Source: an uncultured Chloroflexia bacterium
Lineage (GTDB): Bacteria > Chloroflexota > Limnocylindria > Limnocylindrales > CSP1-4
NCBI GenBank assembly: GCA_963748625.1
Contig: CAVVJT010000010.1
Span: 224,001-288,000, forward strand
Direction: 5' to 3'
Length of the DNA stretch: 64,000 nt
Positions 34,915-44,731 of the stretch are shown here, in pieces. Each line of letters opens with the position of its first letter. Within the stretch, counting starts at the first letter, position 1. The position numbers and the translations under genes were made by a program. Under the pieces are notes generated by a model. It did not search any database. It had not been told where the DNA came from and saw only the letters and a program-made list of their open reading frames with translations.

Positions 34915-36240
34915 ATGGAGCAGGATCAGGCGGGACCGGACGCGCTGGCGGGCATCGTGGCATCGGCCAGGCGGCTGGGCGTGGAGATCGACGAGGCGGA
35001 GGCCGCGGAATGGGTGGCGGCACTCGCTCGCGAGCAGGCCGGCGGCGACATCGTGGTTGACGTGGACAGCGGTATCTACGGGCACCGGGTGTCGATGCTC
35101 GACTTCACCCCCCGCGATCTTGCGCGCTTCCGGGCCATCGGCGAGGTCGTGGGCTTCGAGGACCGGCCGCCCGAGTTCCTGACGGCGCTGGCGCTCTCAG
35201 GCTCCGCGGCGCAGGGCAAGGTCCAGGCCTACCCGGGTGACTGCGACTTCTTCGAGCGGATCCACATCACCGCACCCACCCGGTCGGACGCATGCGCCAT
35301 CCTCGCCCGGGAGATGCGGGCCAAGGCGCTGGCCACCCGCGTCGGTCGCGGCTGGCGGCTGTGGGAGGTCAAGTTCGGCAGCTACCCCTTCGACGGCGAG
35401 CGCGCGGGCCGGGCGGTCAAGGCCGGCGGGGCCATCAGCTGGACGGCCGACGAGGTCGCAACGGGCGCGATCGTGGTGCTGCGCGACGGCGAGCCCGTGA
35501 CGCTCACCTGGGACGAGGTCGCAGCCGAGCCCGGCTGGTGCAAGCTGGACTGGATCGTCACCGACCCGGTCCGCCTCGGCCTCGCGAACGCATCGAACAT
35601 GCTGGACATCACCTGGGAGGCGCCCGACGGGAGCATCACGGCCCTCGACGGCTTCGTGGACCCCTACTTCCAGGAGGTCTACCTCGAGGCGGAGTCGCTG
35701 CCCCTGTTCACCCGGCTCGTCAAGGAGCTGTCGGCCGACTCCGTCGACGAGTACGTGCGCCAGCTCGAGCACGAGGTGGTGAAGTACTCCACGAAGGATC
35801 TGAACTGGGGCAAGGTCGCCCGGCGGCTCTACAACATCTTCCGGCTGACCGGTCGCTACGCGGAGGCCGCCTACCTGCGCGAGCTGTTCGACGAGCCCAC
35901 CACGATCCTCTACCAGGTCGCGGCGCACATCCGGACGCTCGACGAGGCGGACCGGCCCGGGGCCGAGTTCGACGTGGACCTGATGGTGCACCAGACCGAT
36001 GATCTGATCATGGCCGCCATCGGGGCGCTCGAGGGTCAGGGTGAGGCGGAGATGGTGCGCCGCCTGCTGGCCGTCCGGGACAACCTCCAGGCGCGGCGCG
36101 GCGCGGGCAGCCGGTCCGCCGACGTGGACGACGTGAAGCACCGCGCCCTGGTGGCGGTCAACGAGTACTTCGAGCGGCGCCTGTTCGACGTCCCGACCAT
36201 CAAGGCCTACGTTGAAGGGCTCGTGGCCCTGGACGCCTGA
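34915..36240 (+). CDS. Uncharacterised protein with Pol-beta nucleotidyltransferase motif
   Basis: LSGS-x11-DCD motif, a later KLD, and a helical C-terminal half. Confidence 0.7.
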   Translation: MEQDQAGPDALAGIVASARRLGVEIDEAEAAEWVAALAREQAGGDIVVDVDSGIYGHRVSMLDFTPRDLARFRAIGEVVGFEDRPPEFLTALALSGSAAQGKVQAYPGDCDFFERIHITAPTRSDACAILAREMRAKALATRVGRGWRLWEVKFGSYPFDGERAGRAVKAGGAISWTADEVATGAIVVLRDGEPVTLTWDEVAAEPGWCKLDWIVTDPVRLGLANASNMLDITWEAPDGSITALDGFVDPYFQEVYLEAESLPLFTRLVKELSADSVDEYVRQLEHEVVKYSTKDLNWGKVARRLYNIFRLTGRYAEAAYLRELFDEPTTILYQVAAHIRTLDEADRPGAEFDVDLMVHQTDDLIMAAIGALEGQGEAEMVRRLLAVRDNLQARRGAGSRSADVDDVKHRALVAVNEYFERRLFDVPTIKAYVEGLVALDA

Positions 36241-36266
36241 GGGCCGCCCGGCGGGAGCCAACGCGA

Positions 36267-36298
36267 ACGGCCCCGCTCCGGTCAGGGAGCGGGGCCGT
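36267..36298. terminator. Hairpin between convergent genes
   Basis: acggccccgctcc-ggtcag-ggagcggggccgt. Confidence 0.6.
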
Positions 36299-36322
36299 CT
36301 GTGCGGAGCGTCAGCGCCTGGG

Positions 36323-36721
36323 TCAGGCCGTGGGCGTCATCCCGAACGCGGCCTTGACGTCGGCCGAGTTGAGGTAGATGAGGATGATGCCGGGCATGAG
36401 CATCATCGCGATACCGATGCCGCTGCCCGGGTACTGGACCATCCAGAGGAACGCCTCGAAGACGGCGATGCCGGCCACGATGGCGGCGGCCAGCCAGGCC
36501 CACCGCTGGAGCGTCCAGAGGCCGAAGCCGACGAGCAGCCACAGCACGCCGGAGAGCATGGCCAGCCAGCCCCACAGGCCGACACTTTCGAATGCGGGCA
36601 CGTCGCCGAGCATCTTGAACCAGTCGAAGCCCAGCAGGCGCAGGCCGAGGAACAGCCAGGCAAAGCCGGCCATAACGACGAAGAAGCCGAGGACGGAGAC
36701 AAGGATGGGCGGGTTCTTCAT
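36323..36721 (-). CDS. Four-TM membrane protein
   Basis: GAGGAGG RBS; GLWTLQRWAW; YLNSADVKAAF. Confidence 0.8.
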   Translation of the reverse strand: MKNPPILVSVLGFFVVMAGFAWLFLGLRLLGFDWFKMLGDVPAFESVGLWGWLAMLSGVLWLLVGFGLWTLQRWAWLAAAIVAGIAVFEAFLWMVQYPGSGIGIAMMLMPGIILIYLNSADVKAAFGMTPTA

Positions 36722-36885
36722 GGGCGTGAACCTCCTCAGGTCGTGGATGGCGCCGCTGGCAGCGGCGTTGTCGCCTTATAGGAGCCCGCGCGCAACGGCA
36801 GCGCCTCACCCGGTCGGGATGATGCTGTCGTGTCGGTATGGGTCTGCAATAGGAGGGTCATCGACTCGTAACGGGGCCACCTCTG

Positions 36886-37215
36886 ATGCTCGTCACCGCG
36901 CATGAGGGCCTGCGCCGGCTGACCCTCGGGGACACGAGTCTCCTGGATGCCGAGGCGATCGCCGCGCGTCCGACTCCGCAGCTGGCGGGGCGGACGGCGG
37001 CGCTGGTGCGCATCGCAGCGCTCGTTGCCGTCGATGCCCCGGCGTCCGCGTACCGGTCCCCGGTCGCCGCGGCCCAGCGCACTGGCGCGCGCGACGACGA
37101 CATGCTGGCACTCCTGGTCTTGCTGGCCGATGTCGTGGGATCCGCGCGGGTCATCTCGGCGGCGCCGAGGATTGCCCTGGCGATCGGCTACGATGCCGAG
37201 GCCGCCCTGGAGTAG
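36886..37215 (+). CDS. Carboxymuconolactone decarboxylase family protein
   Basis: RTAALVRIAALVAVDA..ASY and VGSARVISAA patterns. Confidence 0.65.
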   Translation: MLVTAHEGLRRLTLGDTSLLDAEAIAARPTPQLAGRTAALVRIAALVAVDAPASAYRSPVAAAQRTGARDDDMLALLVLLADVVGSARVISAAPRIALAIGYDAEAALE

Positions 37216-37302
37216 GACCGGCGGGTATGCTGGCGCGTGATGGGTTCGCCTGTCCCATGATCGAGCAACTGGCCCATCATCCGCAGCCCGAGGGACCACC
37301 GC

Positions 37303-39595
37303 TTGGCCGCGCCACACGAGGGCCGCCGGCCGCACGCTCCGGCCTGGTCATCGCCCGCCACCAGCCTGCTGCCGCCCGCCCCATCCCCCACGTCCGTGCG
37401 CAGGGACCGGCTGGTCGCCCTGCTCGCCGATCCAGCGGCGCCGGCGATCACCGCCCTCATCGCGCCGCCGGGATATGGCAAGACCACGCTGCTCGCCGAC
37501 TGGGCCGCCCGTGAGGCCAGGCCAGTCGCATGGATCACCCTCACGGAGCTCGACAACGATCCCGTCCGCCTGCTGACCTACCTCGTTGCCGCCTACCGTG
37601 CGCACGGTCCCGTGGACGTCGGCCCGGCGGGGCGGTTCCCATCAGGGTCTGAGCGGATGCTCGCCGGGCCACTGCCACGTCTCCTCGCCAGCCTGTCCGC
37701 GTGGACCCGCCCGGCGATCCTCGTGCTGGACGACGTCCACAGGCTCGTGGACCAGAGCGTCCTCGATCTGCTGAGCGTGCTGCTCGACCGTCTCCCAAAC
37801 GGCTTTCGGGTGGCCCTTGCCGGGCGTTCCAGTCCCGACCTCCCGTTCGCGAGGCTCCGGGCCCAGCGCATGCTGCAGGAATTCGGAACCGCCGACCTCG
37901 CCCTCGACGAGGCCGAGGCCATCGAGCTCGTGCGACGCACCGGGGCGGTGCTGCCTGCGGACGTCGTCCGGGAGCTCGCCATCCGCACCGAGGGTTGGGC
38001 CGCGGGCCTCTACCTCGCCGTGATCGGCCGGACCGAGGCCGACGTCCCGATGGCATCCGGCTGGGCGCCCGGCTCCGACCGCTACATTGCCGAGTACCTG
38101 CGTGCGGAGGTCGGGCGCACCCTGGCGCAGGATGACCTGGACTTCCTCCGCCGGACCGCCATCCTTGAGACGGTCACGCCTGGGGCCGCGCTCGCCATCA
38201 CGGGACTCGACCACCCGGACGACCGCCTGGAGCGGCTCGCTGCCGCCAACCTGCTGATCGCTCCCGTTTCCGGAGGGCCGGTCGCCTACCGCTATCACAA
38301 CGTCCTACGCGAGTACCTGCGAGCAGACCTGGACCGGCGGGAACCCGCTGCAGCCGCCGCCGTCCACGCCCAGGCGGCCGCCTACTACGCGACCAACGGC
38401 ATGCACGAGCCCGCGATCGAGCATGCGCTCGCAAGCCACGACCTCGATGCGGCGGCCCGGTACCTTGCCGCGGCGATGCTGCCGCTGTACCAGGGGGGCC
38501 AGGCGACGCTGCTGATGCGGTGGCTGGACCGCTTCTCCGTGCGCGATCTCGAACGCTCGCCGATGCTTGCCGCGTCCGGTGCCTGGCTCCACCTGCTCGA
38601 AGGCAGCGCCGACCGCGCCGACCTCCTCGGTGACATCGTCGAGCGCACCGATCCCGCCACGCTCGGCCGCGATGCGGAGACCTTCCGACCGCTGCAGGCC
38701 ATCGTGCGCGCGACCCTCGGGCGCCATGGCTTCGCAGACTTCATGGCGTCGGCAGCCAAGGTGTACTCGGACAGCCGCGCTCCCGGCCAGTGGCGGGCGA
38801 TCGGAGCGCTGGAGCTGGGTATTGGACGCCTCAGCGAGCCGGACCCGGACCTCGAGGCCGCCGAAGCGCTGCTGGCCGACGCGACGGCGATCGCGCCCTC
38901 CACCTCGGCCGGTGTCCACATGATGGTGGCGGCCCTGCGCGCCGTCATCCGCCTGCGACAGGGCGACATCGGGGCCGCAGGCTCGTTCGTGAACGAGGGT
39001 CGAGCAGCGCACGCCAGCTTCGAGGGGACACCAACGGTCACCTCGCTCATCGTGCATGCGGTCGATGCGCGGGTCCGCGGAGCGCAGCGGGGACATCGGC
39101 GGCGCCCGCGAGGCACTTGTTCGTGCACAGCTGGTACGGCCGCTCGCAACCTACGTGTCGCCATGGTTGTCCGTGCCCGCGCTGCTCGAGCTCACCCGGG
39201 CGTATCTCGCGGTATCGGACCCGGCGGGCGCCCAGACGGCGCTTCGCCATGCCGAGGACATCGTCCGCCGGCGGCCGGGCCTGGGCGGGCTCATCGACCA
39301 TCTCCTGGTGCTCCGACGCATGCTCCTCGATGCCAACGACGTGCTGGCCGGCTCCTCGACGCTGACCATGGCCGAGCTGCGGGTGCTGCCGCTGCTGCCC
39401 ACGTACCTCTCCTTCGAGGAGATCGGCCTGCGGCTGGGCGTGTCGCGCAACACGGTGAAGACGCATGCCATGTCGATCTACGGCAAGCTCTGGGCCTCCT
39501 CCCGGGGCGAAGCCGTCGAGCGCGCCGTGGAGCTGGGCCTGCTGGAGCCGTACCCGGTGCTCGTGCGCCGTGAGTACGGCGGCAGTGGGAACTGA
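37303..39595 (+). pseudogene. MalT-like LuxR family regulator, frameshifted near 39076
   Basis: APPGYGKTT, LDDVH, TEGWAAG, YRYH; the LuxR HTH (LTMAELRVL...NTVKTH...IYGKL) is in a shifted frame. Confidence 0.8.
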
Positions 39596-40020
39596 CGGAC
39601 CAGACGTTTCGTTCTCGCCCCTCACGGTCGTCCTCACCGTGACGCTCCGGGCGTCGCTGCCGGGCCTCGGCGCCGGTTCCTCAGGCGGGGATCACGATCA
39701 GATTCGCAATCCTGAGGATCCCTGAGGCGGCCGCCGCCTCGCTGATGGGACCCGTGGCGGCCATCGCCGTCCGCTTGCGCTCAACGGCTTGGGGCGCGAT
39801 GTCCGCGTGCCAGCCCGCCTTCTGAGGCGGCGACGCGCGGGTCCGATACACAACCCACGCCCGGCTCTAGCGGACGCTGCACCCCAGCGGCCGCATGACA
39901 CGCCGTCATGACACCGGGCCGCGGGGGGCGCCTACTACGGGTACAGCATTGGCCGGAGTCTCACCCGGCGGTGGTCGCCAGGCCCCGCTTCCCCGGATGC
40001 CCCGTGCACGGGAGAACGCC

Positions 40021-40467
40021 ATGGCCATCGACCAGGTCGACCGGACCGTCACCACCACCCAGCAGCCTGTGGTCGCCACCACCCAGCAGCCTGTGGTCAC
40101 GGCCGGGGAGACGGTGCGGACCGACAGCCGGCGCACCACCACGTCGGGTCCCGGCGGCGCCGAGATGGCCCGCCGCATCGTGGTCCTCGTCTTCGGGCTC
40201 ATCCAGATCGTCATCGGGGCGCGCATCGTCCTGCTGCTCCTGCTCGACGCGCGGGAGGCCAACGCCCTCGTGTCCGCGATCCTCACCGTCAGCGAGGTGC
40301 TCGTGGCGCCGTTCGAGGGGATCCTGCGAACGGACTCGCTCAACGCGGCGGGCTCCGTCCTCGACGTCACCGCCCTCGTGGCCCTCGTCGGCTGGACGAT
40401 CCTCGAGCTGGTCGTGCTCTGGGTGATCAGCGTCTTCCGGCGCCGGTCGGCCACCGCGGCCATCTGA
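40021..40467 (+). CDS. YggT-like membrane protein
   Basis: TM helices with LVAPFEGI motif. Confidence 0.65.
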   Translation: MAIDQVDRTVTTTQQPVVATTQQPVVTAGETVRTDSRRTTTSGPGGAEMARRIVVLVFGLIQIVIGARIVLLLLLDAREANALVSAILTVSEVLVAPFEGILRTDSLNAAGSVLDVTALVALVGWTILELVVLWVISVFRRRSATAAI

Positions 40468-40557
40468 CCACCACGCGCCGCCCACGGCGGACGCGGGGTC
40501 GTCCGCCCCTCCACGCGGCCCGTCACGGACGGGCGCGCCACGAAAGGACCACCCCGC

Positions 40558-40824
40558 ATGGGAATCATCGCCTGGATCGTGCTCGGCGCAATCGCCGGGT
40601 TCATCGCCAACCTCATCATGGGCTCGCGTGACGGCCTGCTCATGATGATCGTCCTGGGCATCGTCGGCGCCGTCGTCGGCGGCTTCATCGCCGGCAACCT
40701 GCTCGGCATCGCCGATGTCACCGGCTTCAACCTCACCAGCCTCCTGGTCGCGGTGTTCGGCGCCGTCGTCGTCATCGCCGTCGCCCGGCTCGTCATGGGC
40801 CGCGGCGTGAGCAGGACCGCCTGA
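40558..40824 (+). CDS. GlsB/YeaQ/YmgE stress-response membrane protein
   Basis: IIAWIVLGAIAGFIA...LGIVGAVVGG. Confidence 0.88.
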   Translation: MGIIAWIVLGAIAGFIANLIMGSRDGLLMMIVLGIVGAVVGGFIAGNLLGIADVTGFNLTSLLVAVFGAVVVIAVARLVMGRGVSRTA

Positions 40825-40868
40825 TGGCCGAGGTCAATCGCATTTCGAATACCTGGAGGAGTCAGCCA

Positions 40869-41504
40869 ATGCGACGAGTCGTGGCGATCGTCGGCGCGCT
40901 CGCGCTGCTGCTCAGCCTGGCCGGCATGTCGCTGGCCACCGTGCCGACGACGAGTCCGTACGACTGGCAGGGCAACGGCTACCCGAACGCGAGCTGCGAC
41001 GCGGATAGCACGACCGCCCTGTGGATCTGGACCGGGGACAGCCCGCTGAGCCTGACGATCAACGGTCACGAGCAGACCGGCTCGTGGACGCAGATGGGCA
41101 ACGGGTCCTGGCACTTCACGATCACCATCGACGAGTTCAACTACCCGCCGATCACCGCTTCAATCACCTACACGGGTATGGTCGGCACGCTGACACTGTC
41201 GCACTGCGACGATGTCGTTCAGCCGTCCGTGGCGCCGTCCTCGAGCGTCGCGCCGTCCGTGGCGCCGTCCTCGAGCGTCGCGCCGTCCGTGGCGCTCGAG
41301 ATCACGCCGACCCCGGCACCGAGTAGTTCCGTTGAGGCTGCAACCGGCACGCCGCGGGTAACCCCACCCCCGACCGACATGATCGGTTCCGATCAGCCGA
41401 CGCCGAGCAACACCGGCTGGCGGATCGTCCTCATCGGCCTTGCCGCGCTGGCCCTCTCGGTCCTCGCGTTCGCCAAGCCGTGGCGATCGAGCCGGAGGCG
41501 GTAA
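40869..41504 (+). CDS. Secreted protein with C-terminal anchor
   Basis: Signal peptide, PSVAPSSS repeats, then TPPPTD, a TM helix and a basic tail. Confidence 0.7.
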   Translation: MRRVVAIVGALALLLSLAGMSLATVPTTSPYDWQGNGYPNASCDADSTTALWIWTGDSPLSLTINGHEQTGSWTQMGNGSWHFTITIDEFNYPPITASITYTGMVGTLTLSHCDDVVQPSVAPSSSVAPSVAPSSSVAPSVALEITPTPAPSSSVEAATGTPRVTPPPTDMIGSDQPTPSNTGWRIVLIGLAALALSVLAFAKPWRSSRRR

Positions 41505-41679
41505 CCATTCGCCGTCCCTGAGCGAGCATGGGACCGGGGCGCAAGATGCGCCCCGGTCTCGTCATGTCAGGCGCAGACCAACGCGATCACGGTTGGCCAG
41601 CACGTCATCGCGAGTGCCGTCAACCCACGTGCGATCCCTCGGGGTCGCAGCTCCCGTTCTCCAGCAGCAGGGTAAACAG

Positions 41680-41708
41680 AAGCCCCCTCGGGATACCCGA
41701 AGGGGCTT
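41680..41708 (-). terminator. Terminator hairpin after tRNA-Asn
   Basis: aagccccctcgggatacccgaaggggctt, followed by a T-rich tail on the minus strand. Confidence 0.6.
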
Positions 41709-41724
41709 GTTCGTGCGAGGAGAG

Positions 41725-41800
41725 TGGCTCCGGCGGTAGGACTCGAACCTACGACATGGTGATTAACAGTCACCCGCTCTACCAACTGAGCTACGCCGGA
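41725..41800 (-). tRNA. tRNA-Asn (GTT)
   Basis: TCCGGCGTAGCTCAGTTGGTAGAGC...CTGTTAA...GGTTCGAGTCC...CCA; 76 nt. Confidence 0.97.
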
Positions 41801-41962
41801 ACGGGGAAACCCGGGGACCGAGTCCGCGGACCTCGAAGCGCCGTTTCGCGGTGCCGCGCGAGAGAATAGCAGGGGTTCGGCCGGTTGCGCGACCTCCGGT
41901 TGCGCGACCTTCCGGTGCCCGAGACGTTGCGGGAGCCGGCCGGTCGCTGTGCCCGTGACCAT

Positions 41963-42114
41963 CCTCTCGCCCAGCGGGCGCTACGTGCGGAATTCCGCAC
42001 GTTCTAGCCGGCCGGCGGGAGGTTCGGCCAGGAAACGGGCGGACGCGGCCGGTTCTGCCCGCTAAACGGTCGGACTGCGCGGGATCCTGCACACAGGGCC
42101 CGCTGGGCGGGAGG
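41963..42114. mobile_element. 152-bp MITE/REPIN-like element, copy 1
   Basis: 17-bp terminal inverted repeats cctctcgcccagcgggc / gcccgctgggcgggagg; homologous to 46863-47014. Confidence 0.65.
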
Positions 42115-42236
42115 AGGAGCGCCACGCCTGGCGCGGGGAGGAGGCGCCGGACGTGCCGACGCCCGGCGCATTGGCCGGGCGTCGGGTGACAGGTCGACGG
42201 CGCCAACCCTCTCGGGTGGCACCGGCCACGAGTGGT

Positions 42237-43232
42237 CTAGAAGACCCGGTAGGCGATCTCCGCCGGGGCCAGGAGGAGCTCCTTGATCTCCTCGTCGACC
42301 TTCAGCAGCGAGATGTGGGCGCCCGCCATCTCAAGCGAGGTGCAGTACTCGCCGACATAGCTGCGGAACACGGTGATGCCCTTGGCCGCGAGCTCCTTGT
42401 GCGCCCGCCCGTAGAGCAGGTACAGCTCGCTGATCGGGGTCCCGCCGAGGCCGTTGACCATCAGCGCGACCTCGTCGCCGGACTCGAACGGGAGGTCGGG
42501 GACGATCGCGTCGAGCAGCAGGTCCACGATCTCGTTCGCCGACATGATCTTCGTGCGCTGGCGGCCCGGCTCGCCGTGGATGCCGATGCCGACCTCCATC
42601 TCGTCGTCCGCGATCTCGAACAGCGGCGTGCCGCGCTTGGGCGGGGTGCAGCTGGACAGGGCAACGCCCATGGTCCGGACGTTGGCGATGACCTTCTCGC
42701 CGACGCGGACGCACTCCTCCAGTGAGCCGCCCTTGTCCGCCATCGCGGCCGCGGCCTTGATGACGAAGAAGTTGCCGGCGACGCCGCGACGCCCGACGGT
42801 CCACGTGGAGTCCTTCACGGCCACGTCGTCGTTGACGAGCAGGTAGCCGATCCTCTGGCCCTCCATCTCCTGGATCTCTTTCGCCATCTCCCACGCGGTG
42901 CGATCGCCCGTGTAGTTGTTGACGATGTAGAGGACGCCCGCGGGGGTGTCCATGAGCTTGGAGGTCTCGGTCACGAACTCCACGGGCGGACCCGCGAAGA
43001 CGTCGCCGGGGCACGCGGCATCGAGCATGCCGGGACCCACGATCATGGTGTGCGCCGGCTCATGGCCGGACCCGGAGCCCTGGATGATCGAGACGCGGTC
43101 GGCCTTGGGCATGTCCGCGCGGTAGATCAGGTTGTACTTGGGCTCGTACTTGAGCGTGCCACCGCTCGCCAGCGTGACGCCCTCGAGGAACTCGGGGACG
43201 AACTGGCCGGGATCATTGACGAACATCTTCAC
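42237..43232 (-). CDS. dhaK: Dihydroxyacetone kinase family, DhaK subunit
   Basis: GSGHEPAH, NYTGD, GRRGVAG, GIHGEPG. Confidence 0.9.
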   Translation of the reverse strand: MKMFVNDPGQFVPEFLEGVTLASGGTLKYEPKYNLIYRADMPKADRVSIIQGSGSGHEPAHTMIVGPGMLDAACPGDVFAGPPVEFVTETSKLMDTPAGVLYIVNNYTGDRTAWEMAKEIQEMEGQRIGYLLVNDDVAVKDSTWTVGRRGVAGNFFVIKAAAAMADKGGSLEECVRVGEKVIANVRTMGVALSSCTPPKRGTPLFEIADDEMEVGIGIHGEPGRQRTKIMSANEIVDLLLDAIVPDLPFESGDEVALMVNGLGGTPISELYLLYGRAHKELAAKGITVFRSYVGEYCTSLEMAGAHISLLKVDEEIKELLLAPAEIAYRVF

Positions 43233-43251
43233 CAGTGCAGCTCCCTTTCGT

Positions 43252-43911
43252 TTACGCCGTTGCGTACTGCTCCCGCCAGGCCGCCGCGATGGCCTGCAGG
43301 ATGACTCCGATGGCGGTGGCGCCGGCGTCCACCGAATCCCGGCTCCTGTCGCCCGTGTACGCGGCCCGGCCGCGCAGCGCGAGCATGCCCTTGGTGTCCT
43401 CCGCCGCCTTGACCGCGACGTCGGCCGCCAGCTGGATCGCCGCCACGCCGTGGTCGGAGGCCGTGGCCGGGTCGGCGAGGCTCGCCTCCAGGCTGTCGGT
43501 CGCCGGCGCGAGCGCGTCGAGCAGGGTCTTGTCGCCGAGCGAGGCACCGCCGCGGGCCATGATCCCCGCGATGGCGGCCCGCAGGCACTCGATGAGCAGC
43601 TCGGGCGTGAGGTCCTTGTCGCCGGCGGTTGCGGCGGCCCGCAGGAACGCGGTGCCCCACATCGGACCACTCACGCCGCCGACCTTGGCGGCCAGCGTCA
43701 TGCCGATCTTCTTGAACACGACTCCGGCGTTCGGGCGGTCCCAGCTGTCATAGTCCGCCAGGACGACCTCCCAGCCGCTCTTGAGCGAGAACCCGAAGTC
43801 ACCGTCGCCGGCGATCGAGTCGAGTTGGGCGAAGTACTCGGTGTTCTCGACAATCGTCGCGGCCATCGTCTTGATGACCAGGTCCAGGTCTTCGAGGGAT
43901 GAGCGTGCCAT
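43252..43911 (-). CDS. dhaL: Dihydroxyacetone kinase family, DhaL subunit
   Basis: LDSIAGDGDFG, GDKTLLDAL, GRAAY, DAGA. Confidence 0.9.
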   Translation of the reverse strand: MARSSLEDLDLVIKTMAATIVENTEYFAQLDSIAGDGDFGFSLKSGWEVVLADYDSWDRPNAGVVFKKIGMTLAAKVGGVSGPMWGTAFLRAAATAGDKDLTPELLIECLRAAIAGIMARGGASLGDKTLLDALAPATDSLEASLADPATASDHGVAAIQLAADVAVKAAEDTKGMLALRGRAAYTGDRSRDSVDAGATAIGVILQAIAAAWREQYATA

Positions 43912-43953
43912 CCCCGCCTCCTCTCGAGGGAAGTTCCCTCCTGCCGCGGGCGG

Positions 43954-44727
43954 CTACGAGGCCAGCGTGGCCTCGAGATCCGCAAGCGTGATGAAGTCGC
44001 CCGGCGTGGCTGTTCCGCGGTTCGCAATGACGCGAGCCCGCTCGCCGTCCGGGTCTCCCAGGGACGTCACAACCAGCGTCGCCTCGCTGTTGTCCTCCTC
44101 TTCCGTGTAGCCATTGACGGTCATCAGGCAGCGGAGCCCGGCACCGGTGGCGGCGAGCAGGCCGTTGCGGGAGTCCTCGACCACGAGCACCTCGGACGTG
44201 GAGGCGCCGAGCCGCTCGAGCGCGAGGAGGTAGATGGCGGGATCGGGCTTCTTCTTCGGCACGACATCGCCCGCGAGGAACACGTCGAACCGGCCGGCGC
44301 GCTCTTTGCCGACGGCGAACTCGAGAATCGCCCGGACGGACGCCTCGGCGGAGGTCGACGCGATGCCGAGCTGCCAGCCGGCGTCCTGGGCGTCGGAGAT
44401 GATCCGGCGGATGCCGGGCCGTGGCGGCAGCTTCCCATCGGCGACCATCTCGGTGTAGAGCGCGGTCTTGCGCTTGTGCCACTTGGCGACCTCGGCCGCC
44501 AGGGCCTCAGGGTCGTCGGGGAGGCCGGCCGCGCGGATGGTCTCGGGCGTCAGCATCGACGCCATCCGCTCCTTGCCGCCACCGATGGCGAGCTTGCGGC
44601 CGTACTCCTCCTCGGTCCAGCGCCAGGGCAGCCCGAACTCCTCGAACGTCTGGTTGAACGACGGCAGGTGCCCGTACCGCTCGGTGTCCGCGAGGACGCC
44701 ATCACAGTCGAAGACGAGGGCGGGCAT
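43954..44727 (-). CDS. HAD-IA hydrolase, CbbY-like
   Basis: FDCDGVLADTERYGH, GGKERM, KKPDPAIY. Confidence 0.88.
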   Translation of the reverse strand: MPALVFDCDGVLADTERYGHLPSFNQTFEEFGLPWRWTEEEYGRKLAIGGGKERMASMLTPETIRAAGLPDDPEALAAEVAKWHKRKTALYTEMVADGKLPPRPGIRRIISDAQDAGWQLGIASTSAEASVRAILEFAVGKERAGRFDVFLAGDVVPKKKPDPAIYLLALERLGASTSEVLVVEDSRNGLLAATGAGLRCLMTVNGYTEEEDNSEATLVVTSLGDPDGERARVIANRGTATPGDFITLADLEATLAS

Positions 44728-44731
44728 CGGA

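Noticed and set aside
36300-41725. Island integrated at tRNA-Asn
   Set aside because: Content looks accessory, but I found no duplicated tRNA 3' end and no integrase
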